Shown here: one piece after another, positions 50,489 to 60,423 of the stretch | How positions within the stretch are numbered: position 1 is the stretch's first letter | How the letters are laid out: every line of letters begins with the position of its first letter | IMG/VR virus record: IMGVR_UViG_3300005573_000071 | Coordinates: 1-64,000 of that record | DNA from: a virus | DNA: 64,000 bases | Strand: one strand, 5' to 3' | Made by a program: the position numbers and the translations under genes | Notes under the pieces: model-generated | What the model was told of the DNA's origin: nothing | What the model saw: the letters and a program-made list of their open reading frames with translations, nothing else | Databases searched by the model: none

Positions 50489-50733
50489 TGACTAGAGATA
50501 CTGTTCAGAAACTTCAACGGATTTATAAGTATTCCAAACAATTATTGGAAGTCGCCAAATTAGTTCACGGTCTTGATCCTGAGTTGTATATGTCAATTAT
50601 TGAATACCATAATTTGGTGTGTGTATTGATAGATAATATCGAGATTTATGAAGATGCAGAACTAAACGAGATTATTGCAGAATTAGATATAACGCTTAGA
50701 TCCCTTGTTCGTAGAATGCAACAGGAGGTATAG
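50488..50733 (+). CDS. Small protein between portal and protease (prohead core-like)
   Basis: Position equivalent to T4 gp67/68; coupled. Confidence 0.5.
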   Translation: MTRDTVQKLQRIYKYSKQLLEVAKLVHGLDPELYMSIIEYHNLVCVLIDNIEIYEDAELNEIIAELDITLRSLVRRMQQEV

Positions 50734-50735
50734 AT

Positions 50736-51455
50736 ATGCAACCAAATAGTCGTACCGTCTTCATATCCGAAGTGACATCAGTTCAAGTACCCGAGGTTAT
50801 CAAAGAATCAAAGGAAGGCAAAAGTCGTAAGCTGACGTTCGTTGCTTGCTTACAGACCTGTGATATTGTGAATTCTAATAGACGGATCTATCCTACTGAA
50901 GTAATGAAGCCTGTTATCGAAGCTGCTAAACAACGTGCACAAGGACGTAGTCTACTTGGTGAGTTAGATCATCCTCTCGACGAGTCGCCAAATCGGCAGG
51001 TTGTCGTATCATTGTCACAGGCTTCTCATTTGATTACATCTTTATGGTTCTCAGGAAATGAGATTCTAGGAAAGGGTGAAACGTTAACGACACCAAATGG
51101 CGCTATTATGTATTCTCTTATCAAGGATAAAGTGCCTGTAGGTTTCTCGTTACGTGCTCTTGGTAACCTCGAACCTAGTAAAGAACAGGATGGAGTATTC
51201 GTTGTTTCAAATCCTCTCTTTTTAGTAACTTATGACGCTGTTAGTAAACCATCACATCCAGAAGCAGTTATTAGACAAGTTATGACGGAGAGCTATAGAG
51301 TTTGTACAAATGGAATTTGTACAGAATATGACGCAGATGGATACTTAGACTTTCTCTTCCACCAATTTTTGCGCGAAGAGTTAAGGAAGTATGGCTCGTC
51401 ATCTAAGTTTGAGTCTCCTAGGTTTCGAACAAAATACGATAGACTAATACTTTAA
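50736..51455 (+). CDS. Prohead maturation protease (gp21-like)
   Basis: N.NRRIYP, LGELDHP, SH.I, TPNG, GFSLRALG, YDAV..PS. Confidence 0.93.
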   Translation: MQPNSRTVFISEVTSVQVPEVIKESKEGKSRKLTFVACLQTCDIVNSNRRIYPTEVMKPVIEAAKQRAQGRSLLGELDHPLDESPNRQVVVSLSQASHLITSLWFSGNEILGKGETLTTPNGAIMYSLIKDKVPVGFSLRALGNLEPSKEQDGVFVVSNPLFLVTYDAVSKPSHPEAVIRQVMTESYRVCTNGICTEYDADGYLDFLFHQFLREELRKYGSSSKFESPRFRTKYDRLIL

Positions 51456-51473
51456 AAAGGAGGTAATTAGGCA

Positions 51474-52952
51474 ATGAACCTTTTCGAGACTAAAGAACTG
51501 CTCAAGGAATCGTATGCGTTCGTACGAGAGAACTACTCTATCGATCCGATCAAAGATGGTACAAAAATTTATAAGCAGTCAAGTGCATATGGTGCATACG
51601 TAGATGCACTTGCACAAGGATTGTCTCCCAGAGACGAAGCAATGTTCAGACAGCTCGCAAAGAATTTAAGAGAGTATGTCTTACAGGAGGTTAATGTCAC
51701 TCCTAACTATACTGCGTATAACCAGCTTTTGTTACCATTGCTCAGAATCTTCTTCCCAAGACTTGTTGCTAGAGAAGCAATCACAGTAGATCCTATCGAT
51801 AAGCCATTCACAATTAAGTACTTCATTAAAGCTGTAGCAAAAACATCATCTGGAACACACGAGCTTCCAGATTACTCCGGACGAGTTTCCTCAGGCCCAA
51901 TCATTCCGTTTACAACTCCAATTCCTGTTACAAGCGGTTCAGGAAGTGGAAATCTTGTTACACTCGCAGGACTTACTTCTGGTAGTGTACAGAGAGATGT
52001 AATCATTGTAAGCGTAACAGACGGTACAGATACTGTTACAGTTAATGTAGTTCCAGATAATTTAAGTGGTGCTGCTACATTCTCAGTTACATATCCTACA
52101 TCTGGAAACACAGATGATTTGATCGTAAACATTAATTTTGCTAACGGAGATGTAAGCATCATTTCTCGTGATGGTTACACTACAGGTGTATATTTTACTG
52201 GATCAGTTGCAATGGAGTCTAACGAGAATATGTCTGAAGTTGAGTTGAAGTTAGAGCCATATCAGATTTCGGCTTTAACTCGTAAACTCAACGTCAAATG
52301 GTCAATCGAATTTGAACAGGATGTAAAGGCTCTCTTTGATCTTGATGCACAAGCTCAGATGCTCAATATCTTAGGAGCTCAGATTGCAACAGATATCGAC
52401 AAAGAGATCTTAAGTGACTTAATTGCAGCAACAAACTTAAGTGGTGGAATTCAGGCTTCATTCCCAAAGACACCACCTTCAGGATTCGCATTCGGTCCGA
52501 AACAGTGGTATGAGAACGTTGTTGTGCCTATTGATGCTATCGCAGGTAAGATCTATGACAAGACTGCAATCGCACCCGCTAACACAATTATCTGCAATCC
52601 ATTAGATGCTGCTATCTTCCAAGCAACGGGTGAGTACAGCAAAACAGGAGATCTAACTGGTGGAGAATATGTAGGTACAACACCATATAAAGTAGGAGAG
52701 CTTGGTAACCAGTACAAGTTTCTCACTACACAGTTAATGCCCCAAGGAACAGCTCTTGTAATTCTCAACCCAGTTGAGCCTACAGCTGCAGTGTATGCAT
52801 ATATGCCATATATTCCTGTCACGATTTATCCTTGGCCAATGACTAACGTACCATCCGTTACATACATGACCAGATACGCAAAAAGAGTATTCAGACCGTT
52901 CGGTGTTGGTCGTTTGAACATTACACAGAGCGGACAGATCGTGCTCCCATAG
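51474..52952 (+). CDS. Major capsid protein (gp23-like)
   Basis: LPLLR..FP.L.A, TRKL..KWS.E..QD, IATDIDKEIL, YMPYIP, MTRYA; strong RBS, GAACA at 51427, terminator after. Confidence 0.92.
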   Translation: MNLFETKELLKESYAFVRENYSIDPIKDGTKIYKQSSAYGAYVDALAQGLSPRDEAMFRQLAKNLREYVLQEVNVTPNYTAYNQLLLPLLRIFFPRLVAREAITVDPIDKPFTIKYFIKAVAKTSSGTHELPDYSGRVSSGPIIPFTTPIPVTSGSGSGNLVTLAGLTSGSVQRDVIIVSVTDGTDTVTVNVVPDNLSGAATFSVTYPTSGNTDDLIVNINFANGDVSIISRDGYTTGVYFTGSVAMESNENMSEVELKLEPYQISALTRKLNVKWSIEFEQDVKALFDLDAQAQMLNILGAQIATDIDKEILSDLIAATNLSGGIQASFPKTPPSGFAFGPKQWYENVVVPIDAIAGKIYDKTAIAPANTIICNPLDAAIFQATGEYSKTGDLTGGEYVGTTPYKVGELGNQYKFLTTQLMPQGTALVILNPVEPTAAVYAYMPYIPVTIYPWPMTNVPSVTYMTRYAKRVFRPFGVGRLNITQSGQIVLP

Positions 52953-52983
52953 TAATACTAGCCGGTATCATCACCTCTCTTGT

Positions 52984-53014
52984 AGCCCTCCTTGCCCTCC
53001 AGGAGGGCTTTTTT
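52984..53014 (+). terminator. Intrinsic terminator after capsid gene
   Basis: AGCCCTCCT/AGGAGGGCT stem followed by T tract. Confidence 0.85.
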
Positions 53015-53075
53015 CTTTGCATTAGAACAAATAGTTAGATAAGAAACGAATGAAAACTTTCGGAGGTAGAATAGA

Positions 53076-54050
53076 ATGTACAGTATACTTTTGTTGGAAC
53101 AGCCAGTATCATCACAAGACAGAAGAGCTGCAGTAGAGACAAGAGCTGTTATTCGATTTATTGACGATATAGGAAAGATGGTATCTAGGCAAGCTCTTAG
53201 TAAAGGTATAGTACACGTTGTTGGATCTGGCGTCACAAAAACAGGCGTAGCTACAGGAGGAATGATGGCTGCAACAGGCGCCTTCTTTAGATCAGTTCTT
53301 GGATCGCTGCGAAGAGAGTTAGTAGGTAAACAAGTGAAGTTTTTTAATGGTTATATGACATTGAGTTCGAATATAGCGAGTAAGATACGTGCGGAGGTCA
53401 GAGAACAAGCTGATGACGAATACGGTGAGTATTCTTCTGAACCTACTCCAGGAGGACAAAGTTGGTTGCGTCGTATATGGCGATTTATACTCAAGTTTGG
53501 ATTATATTACGTTCTAGTATTCGTTATTGGTTTGGCTATTTTCATAGCTTTGCCTCTTCTGGGTTTAGGAGATCTAGCTAAAAAAATAGTAAATAAAGCT
53601 AGACGTTTTGCGGGTTGGCTAGCGGGGATAGAGAAAGAGAAGGTAGATAAACTGCAGAAAGAAGACATAGATAAGATAGGATCTAAATTAGCTCGTGGAT
53701 TAATAAAGGCTCTTGCTACGTTAGAAACGTTTATGAACGATCTTATGGAGAAGTGGAAAGAGAAGTTGGAAGAGCTTAAGACAAATAACGCTTACAAGGA
53801 AGCGGGATTTCTAAAAGCTCTCTGGTTAACGGCAAATGCATATTTTGGAGTGGTTGCTGATAGACTTTCGACGGTTAAAGATGAGAAAGCTAAAACAGTT
53901 GGTTACCTCTTAGTCGCTCCTTTCATATTTCTAGCGATGTTGTTGAGAAAAGTACTACCGTTAGGTATTATCAAGAAGCTTTTTGGGAGTGAGAAAGGGC
54001 AAGAAGGAACGTTAGAGAAAGAGCAAAAGCAAAACGAAACTAAGATATAG
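53076..54050 (+). CDS. Membrane protein, probable late/virion protein
   Basis: GAACA at 53025, GGAGG RBS, TM spans with basic amphipathic helices. Confidence 0.6.
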   Translation: MYSILLLEQPVSSQDRRAAVETRAVIRFIDDIGKMVSRQALSKGIVHVVGSGVTKTGVATGGMMAATGAFFRSVLGSLRRELVGKQVKFFNGYMTLSSNIASKIRAEVREQADDEYGEYSSEPTPGGQSWLRRIWRFILKFGLYYVLVFVIGLAIFIALPLLGLGDLAKKIVNKARRFAGWLAGIEKEKVDKLQKEDIDKIGSKLARGLIKALATLETFMNDLMEKWKEKLEELKTNNAYKEAGFLKALWLTANAYFGVVADRLSTVKDEKAKTVGYLLVAPFIFLAMLLRKVLPLGIIKKLFGSEKGQEGTLEKEQKQNETKI

Positions 54051-54084
54051 AGTCTTCTCGAATTAAGAAGTAGTCGTAAGTACG

Positions 54085-54124
54085 AGTTACAGTGATCTTA
54101 AGATAAGGATCACTGTAACTTTTT
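54085..54124 (+). terminator. Intrinsic terminator closing the structural region
   Basis: AGTTACAGTGATC/GATCACTGTAACT 13-bp stem plus TTTT. Confidence 0.8.
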
Positions 54125-54617
54125 GTGTCGTTTGTAGATTGGGTTTGAGCGATATATATTTTAATATAAGAAGTAGAGTCTACCTATTCCGTCTCGGGTA
54201 GGTAGACTTAGAAAGGAGGTGTGTGTGATAGAATCAACGAAATCGGTTGTAACAAAAGAGAAGAAGATAAAACAACTCGCCCGCAAAAAGCGGGCTTTAA
54301 TAAGAGAAGCTTTTTGCGTCGGCTTCCGTATAAAATTTAATAGGAGGGGTAAAATGGAGAGTTTCTAGACTGTGTCTTGTTATGCGGGCTATGTCTGCTA
54401 GCTCAGTTCCGCTTCGGTCGAGTTAGGAAGACAGCAACCGAAAAGCCCAATTTTTACAACTAAGAGGCGAACAGCGGTAGAAATCAATTTACTAAAAGAG
54501 ATCGAGATCCCTGTGCTAACTGATATTTTAGAGATTGCTCCGCTTACGAAAACAATAGAAAAATTTATTATCAAGAAAGTCGTTAGTAGTTCAAAAAAAA
54601 ACAAAAAGGAGGACAAT

Positions 54618-54849
54618 ATGTACGCATTTTTTAATAAGTGAAGAAGACGGTTACCAAGTTATTCGAGTGGTTAAACTGAAAGACGTAGAGATAGAAATAG
54701 AAGAAGACGGAGATTACGATGGTTACTACGACGAAGAAAGTATCGAGGATAAAATAGAAGAGGAAATAGGTATTTTCTATGCCGATGGGACTATTGACAG
54801 TAAATATCCTGTTTATGTAGACAAGTTTCTCGTGGAACGGGATGAGTAA
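54618..54849 (+). CDS. Small acidic protein, frameshifted (+1 T at 54627-54632)
   Basis: AGGAGG RBS before ATG 54618; removing one T gives MYAFLISEEDG... continuous with ORF 54667-54849. Confidence 0.6.
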
Positions 54850-54875
54850 TTACCAACTTTACATAGGAGTGAATA

Positions 54876-56447
54876 ATGATAGACATCAATCTATTAAAAG
54901 AGATCGAGATTGAACTTCGATCTCAAAGTACGTTATCACGGGCTACGTGGGAAAAGCTTTCCGATTTGACAGATTGGGAGCTACGAATAGTTCAAGATTT
55001 TATGTTACGCGTAGAGCTCGCGAAACAGCATAACGATCTCAACTTCGTATACCGTAGATACGACATCGAACAGCCTCGTAGACGAGATATACCACCTAAA
55101 GATCTTCTTATAGTTACGCTCAAACGAAATGAGAAGGACACCGCTCTAACAGACGCCACTAATCGTCTTGTAGTTCCTACACATCTTAAATTTGACACAC
55201 TCACTATATGGGGTATGTCGGTGACTGCTGGCAGAAACTTTGCTATAGAACACGCGTTGATTCACAATTTCGATCACGTACTCTTTATAGACGACGATAT
55301 TATTGCTCCTAATACTGCTTTAATACAACTCTGGGATTTGATGTACAATATAGATTTACCTCCAGAGGTTCTTAAGTGCACGAACGGTAGACCATTAGTA
55401 GTAGCTGCTAACTACTACAGAAAATGCGAACCACTAGTAAGTGCGCATGTCTACGAACAAGTGAGTGAGACACTAGGAGTATGCACTTCTGTCTGTGCTA
55501 TGGGCTTCACACTCATTAACGTTAACGAGATCGCACGTTCCGTACCTCTACCATTATTTTGGGAGTTTGGTGCTCCCGATGGTTATTGGACAATGGGCGA
55601 AGACGCATTCTTCACGAAAAATCTGATAGAGCGCATTCATACTTATCCCATCGTAGACCTCTCGACTGAATGTCTCCACTACGATAAGCAGTGGAAAAGA
55701 GTCTTTGGTCGTAGAGATCCCAATATTACGTATGCTACTGGAATGATACTCGACTTCGAGACTATTCGTGTACCTCCCGCATATCCGCTAATTCTTATTG
55801 GTATACCTACACGTACGTCTACATCTCCGATAGCTGTAAACTTAGCGAAGATGGAGTTGCTACGTGGATACAGAACTGACGTAGTTAGAGTTAGTAATTA
55901 TCCGGTGGATGAAGCACGCAATATACTTGCCCGAAAAGCGTTAGAAATGGGAGCTGAATATCTCTTATTCATCGACGACGATATTATTCCACCTACGGAA
56001 GGTCTCAATAATCTGATTCGGCATATTGAACAAGATAAGTCGATAGGAATGGTAGTCGGAGAATATACTACGAAAGGAGCAGACCCTTGGAGTGCTCATT
56101 TGATTCTACATCCTGAGACAGGTATCGTTACAGAGGTAGATCGCGTGTATACTTCTGGTGTTGTAGAGTGTAATTGGCTTACAGGACTTGGATTTGCACT
56201 TATTCGTACAGAAGTATTCAGACAGCTTACATATCCGTGGTTCAAATGTATTACTCATCGCGGAGACAAAGAATTGAACGAGGATGCCTGGTTCTGTGAG
56301 AAGCTGCTCCACAACGGATATAGAATTCTGATAGATATGGATGCACCTTGTCTTCATGTAAATTGGAATACAGGACAAGTGTTTTATCCACGAAATATGA
56401 ACGAAGTATCTGGTATATGGGCTACGAATATTACCTATAAAGACTGA
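54876..56447 (+). CDS. Tandem two-domain GT-A (GT2-like) glycosyltransferase
   Basis: Two copies of RN...LFIDDDII...G(F/L)..I...ED..F. Confidence 0.85.
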   Translation: MIDINLLKEIEIELRSQSTLSRATWEKLSDLTDWELRIVQDFMLRVELAKQHNDLNFVYRRYDIEQPRRRDIPPKDLLIVTLKRNEKDTALTDATNRLVVPTHLKFDTLTIWGMSVTAGRNFAIEHALIHNFDHVLFIDDDIIAPNTALIQLWDLMYNIDLPPEVLKCTNGRPLVVAANYYRKCEPLVSAHVYEQVSETLGVCTSVCAMGFTLINVNEIARSVPLPLFWEFGAPDGYWTMGEDAFFTKNLIERIHTYPIVDLSTECLHYDKQWKRVFGRRDPNITYATGMILDFETIRVPPAYPLILIGIPTRTSTSPIAVNLAKMELLRGYRTDVVRVSNYPVDEARNILARKALEMGAEYLLFIDDDIIPPTEGLNNLIRHIEQDKSIGMVVGEYTTKGADPWSAHLILHPETGIVTEVDRVYTSGVVECNWLTGLGFALIRTEVFRQLTYPWFKCITHRGDKELNEDAWFCEKLLHNGYRILIDMDAPCLHVNWNTGQVFYPRNMNEVSGIWATNITYKD

Positions 56448-56462
56448 AAAGGAGATGATATA

Positions 56463-56909
56463 ATGTACGCTTTCTTAGTAGACGAAGGAGATATAAAAGA
56501 GGATACAATGAACACTCCAGAAAAAAACTTATTGCAGGAGACGTTAAAAGAATTAAAAAAATATCATAGAACGGAGAAGGATGTCTTGTGGGTAGGAAGC
56601 GAAAGTTTCGGATGGTTCACGTGGAAAGACTTCGAAGAGCTAGCTGATACAGAATACAATTCGGGGCATGGAACTCAAGAAGTTGCATGTGATCTATTGA
56701 TTGTTGGCAGAGACTTTTGGTTGGAGAGAAAAGACTACGACGGCGCAGAATGTTGGACGTTTAAAACTATGCCGAGCAGACCTGAAAATTACAGGAAGCC
56801 TGTTGTTTTGACGGTAACGCAAGCTAGAAAGAAGTTCAGAAAAGATATAAGGGGTTGGGCAACTTTAACGGAATTACATGATACAGAGATATGGGAAGAC
56901 ATTAAATAA
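56463..56909 (+). CDS. Conserved-looking phage hypothetical protein
   Basis: 148-aa ORF; alternative start ATG 56508. Confidence 0.6.
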   Translation: MYAFLVDEGDIKEDTMNTPEKNLLQETLKELKKYHRTEKDVLWVGSESFGWFTWKDFEELADTEYNSGHGTQEVACDLLIVGRDFWLERKDYDGAECWTFKTMPSRPENYRKPVVLTVTQARKKFRKDIRGWATLTELHDTEIWEDIK

Positions 56910-56965
56910 TACTCCCTGAATTGAGGGAGAACTATAGAAAGTAATAAACTAGAGAGGATGTAAAA

Positions 56966-57304
56966 ATGAAAAAAGAGGAGGAGAAGAAGTACTTAATTGA
57001 TCAAGTTTATGCGTTAATGGCAGTGATAGAAAAAGAGTTTTTACAGGAAGAAACAAATAAGGAAGAATCGGATGAATTTGTTGATATCTTTAAGGAGATT
57101 TGTAAAAGTGGAATACCTTTTAGCTTTAGTATGACACCAAGTCGGCTGGTTACGGTATATTTATACGATAAAGACCGGAATAAAATATGGGATGGAAGTG
57201 GACTATTGAATGATTATAATGAGTTAATACGAAAGTTTATTGAGGCCATTCTGGAGTTTTATCCCGACAGTGAGTTTGCAATGAGGTTAAACAACCAAAA
57301 GTAG
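56966..57304 (+). CDS. Hypothetical protein
   Basis: GAGGA RBS. Confidence 0.6.
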   Translation: MKKEEEKKYLIDQVYALMAVIEKEFLQEETNKEESDEFVDIFKEICKSGIPFSFSMTPSRLVTVYLYDKDRNKIWDGSGLLNDYNELIRKFIEAILEFYPDSEFAMRLNNQK

Positions 57305-57371
57305 TTTAATTGTTTGTTTGGAGGAGAGGAATAGAAAATGAAAAGATGTGCAGAAAAGGGGGTAGATTGAT

Positions 57372-57677
57372 ATGTTAGCACTATGGGCAGTTACAGCTAG
57401 ATTAAATACAGATCCTCAAATCAGCGTACCAAAGGATCTAAGAAGTTGGGCGTTATCTCAAGTAGCTATAGCAACTTCGGATTGTCCCGGAGTCTTTAAA
57501 GTAGACGAGAACGGTATCTACTTCGTTGGGATCAAAGACAACGACTTCAGAAACTGTTTCGGTTGGTTACCGTTGAGTATGTCGTATGCCGATCCTTATC
57601 AAGCGATTCCTCAAGGAGACACTAAATGGTTCATACATCTTCTGACTACAAAAGGTTTCAAGGACGTATCGAGATAG
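57372..57677 (+). CDS. Hypothetical protein
   Basis: 101-aa ORF. Confidence 0.55.
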   Translation: MLALWAVTARLNTDPQISVPKDLRSWALSQVAIATSDCPGVFKVDENGIYFVGIKDNDFRNCFGWLPLSMSYADPYQAIPQGDTKWFIHLLTTKGFKDVSR

Positions 57678-57884
57678 TAAGGGGGACAGATGCGCAAAAA
57701 AATTAAGGAGGTCAAAAAGACGGAAGAAATGAAAAAAGACAATAATGTTAATGTTTCTGAAGAACTTTCTAAAAAATTCCGGAATATGGGTATGGGCATA
57801 CTATAACTATATAAAGGTAATTAAAGACGCGATTAAAGATATAGAAAGTAAGAATAATTATCAAAAATAGGAGGAGGAATTTCA

Positions 57885-58058
57885 ATGAAAGAGATGGTAG
57901 ATCCTGCAGTTATTCAAGAATTAGTAGTGTACGATCCCGATGTCGTAGATATGTCTTCTAAAGAACTCTGTCAACTTGTCGAAGCGTTGTACTCCACGGG
58001 GAAGCTCAACGAGACAGAGTATGAACGATATCAGATTCTAATAAGTGGGGGACTATGA
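57885..58058 (+). CDS. Small hypothetical protein (57 aa)
   Basis: Hand-translated; GGAGGAGG RBS; stop overlaps next ATG. Confidence 0.55.
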   Translation: MKEMVDPAVIQELVVYDPDVVDMSSKELCQLVEALYSTGKLNETEYERYQILISGGL

Positions 58059-58210
58059 AAATGAAAAAGAAACACAAAATAAAGTTAGGACCTGACGTAG
58101 TATTGAGTATGAGACGCGGTAGGATATTTGTAGACAAGAAGAAGCAACACGATCGTATATGGTGTAGATGTAAAGACCGAAAAAGCTTATACGGAGTGAA
58201 GAATCTATGA
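58055..58210 (+). CDS. Small basic protein (51 aa)
   Basis: Hand-translated; ATGA overlaps at both ends. Confidence 0.5.
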   Translation: MKMKKKHKIKLGPDVVLSMRRGRIFVDKKKQHDRIWCRCKDRKSLYGVKNL

Positions 58211-59277
58211 AACCATACACGGTTCTGTTTGTCGATACTGGTCTTCGGTTGGAACCGAAGGTCTATCAAGTTAAACCAATTGGTGGTAGTGAGCTCTCGT
58301 TGCTACTATTAGCTGAAGGATTATGCGCACTAGGACACAGAACGATTATTCTGCAACCAGAGCAACGTTACTATTGTAATGATCAATTCATAATAGATGA
58401 TCTACGTAAACTGACCGAATACATACCGACAGCAGATCTCTTAGTACTTAATCGTGCACATATTGATCTCACGTTGATTCCAACTACACTCCCAATCTTC
58501 TATTTCTCACACGATGCTTACGACCAACAGATTCTGGATTGGCTTTCGTTTCCTAATGTCATATCTCGACTAACGAAAATAATATGTGTAAGCGAATGGC
58601 AAGCGTACACGTTCAGGTTATATAGGAATATTCCCGCTGAAAAGCTTACTGTAGTTCCGAATGCGTGCTTTAAAGCTGAATGGTGTTGGGGGCATGAGCG
58701 TTCACAGAAGAATAACATATTGACATACGCATCGATTCCGTTCAAAGGGTTGCATATGTTGCCCGATCTATTTTTCGATATTTGTATGAATACAAAAAGA
58801 GACGACCTAGAGTTGTGGATATTTTCTAGTTACAAACTGTACGATCGAGAAGACGATGCTAAGACACACGCCGTGTTGAGTCAACTACGAAGAATGAAAG
58901 GCGTAAAACTTTTTCCACTACTCCCACCATCTGAACTCATAAACATGTTTAAGAAGGCACACGTCTATGTTCATCCGCAAACATACCACGAAACTTTTGG
59001 GATGGTTATAGCACAAGCAATGGCTACAGGCATGATACCCGTAAGTACATCAAAAGGTGCTCTTCCAGAGCTTATCTCGCACAACGAAAATGGATTACTG
59101 ACTACAGGGCCTAATATAGAAGAGTATGATACGTGGGCAGAATTTGTAGATCTTGTGGCTACTGCTCTCGAGCCTTCTTCATATAAACTTTCACTGAAAG
59201 CTCAACGAGTTGTAGAGAAGTTCGATTATGTAAGAGTGGCAAATCAGTTTCTCACAACAATAGGAGGATATATATGA
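58207..59277 (+). CDS. GT-B (GT4-like) glycosyltransferase
   Basis: GGSE, CVSEWQ, KGL, ETFGMV..QAMATG, GALPE. Confidence 0.9.
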   Translation: MKPYTVLFVDTGLRLEPKVYQVKPIGGSELSLLLLAEGLCALGHRTIILQPEQRYYCNDQFIIDDLRKLTEYIPTADLLVLNRAHIDLTLIPTTLPIFYFSHDAYDQQILDWLSFPNVISRLTKIICVSEWQAYTFRLYRNIPAEKLTVVPNACFKAEWCWGHERSQKNNILTYASIPFKGLHMLPDLFFDICMNTKRDDLELWIFSSYKLYDREDDAKTHAVLSQLRRMKGVKLFPLLPPSELINMFKKAHVYVHPQTYHETFGMVIAQAMATGMIPVSTSKGALPELISHNENGLLTTGPNIEEYDTWAEFVDLVATALEPSSYKLSLKAQRVVEKFDYVRVANQFLTTIGGYI

Positions 59278-60395
59278 TTAGCATCCGACGTCAGAAGATA
59301 ATTTACCAATTAGAACACGAATACGCATGCGATAACACGTTCAGCGAATTCGGAGAGAGCTTCGACGTTGCGAAGAACATACTTGTAGTTGGAGCTCCTG
59401 CGTATCGTGAGAAAGGAAAGGATGTAAAAGGAAGCGTATTCGTTTACACGAATGGAACACTAGATGAACAGATGTCAATGGTATCTACTTTCTCTGGTCT
59501 TGGTGCAGCTGTAGCGATCTCTCCAAATGGATATAGAATCGCAGCTCTAGCCCGAGAGAGGAATCGGTCTACAATCTTGATCTTTCGAAAGAAAGAGACT
59601 TGGACTCTAGAAGGTATCGTTCCTTTAGCAGGAGAGAACGTGTCTCGTTGTTCGTTGTTCTTCTCTTCAGATAGTACGCGTTTGCATGTTGTGCAGCCTG
59701 TTTACAAATACGATGAGGGGACTCGAAGTTGGATCGGTATGATACACGTATATCGATTAGCGGGCACGAAGTGGAAAGCTGAAACTGAGATAACCGAAGA
59801 AGGAGTACCCGAGTTAGGTTGGTTCAGTTCTCGTTTAGATATGACGACACTATTACTATCGAGTAGAGAAGGAGATAGGCTATACACGTATGATACGGAT
59901 ACAAAATCGCTTAAGTTGCTGCAGCAGTTAGAGAAGAAAGCGTGGCGCCATTACTTTCATGTCACCGATGATTGGTTAGCAGCGTCTTATCCTTTACAAA
60001 TGAAGAGTACAACAAACGAGGTTGGCGAAGTACATCTCTACCGAAGAGAAGGGAGCAACTACATTCCGTATACTATACTTACAGATGCGAACATAGGTTT
60101 CGGATCTTGTGTGCATATACACAAAAACTATTTACTTGTCGGAGCGCCTAATTACCGCGCTCATGGCTTCCACGATTTAGGTGCTATTATTGTATATGAC
60201 CTGTCACAGCCTCAAGTTACACCTCTCCAACTTGTTGTAGTTCCAAATTTAGGTAAAAGTGCGCTATTCGGTGCTTGGTTCAAACACTACAATAACACCC
60301 TCTTCGTAGCTACACCATTTGTACGTAATTGGTCTGGCTCAGTTCTCAAATTCAGATGTATCGAGAACGTGAAGCGGACTGAGGCGCAAAAATAA
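59274..60395 (+). CDS. FG-GAP repeat beta-propeller protein
   Basis: FGESF...LVVGAP, LGAAVAIS, FGSCV...LLVGAP repeats. Confidence 0.8.
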   Translation: MISIRRQKIIYQLEHEYACDNTFSEFGESFDVAKNILVVGAPAYREKGKDVKGSVFVYTNGTLDEQMSMVSTFSGLGAAVAISPNGYRIAALARERNRSTILIFRKKETWTLEGIVPLAGENVSRCSLFFSSDSTRLHVVQPVYKYDEGTRSWIGMIHVYRLAGTKWKAETEITEEGVPELGWFSSRLDMTTLLLSSREGDRLYTYDTDTKSLKLLQQLEKKAWRHYFHVTDDWLAASYPLQMKSTTNEVGEVHLYRREGSNYIPYTILTDANIGFGSCVHIHKNYLLVGAPNYRAHGFHDLGAIIVYDLSQPQVTPLQLVVVPNLGKSALFGAWFKHYNNTLFVATPFVRNWSGSVLKFRCIENVKRTEAQK

Positions 60396-60423
60396 TGATA
60401 AGAGAATAAATAGGGGGTATATT

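Noticed and set aside
54125-54620. tRNA or structured ncRNA
   Set aside because: Only isolated hairpins and degraded short ORFs; no cloverleaf or T-loop consensus found
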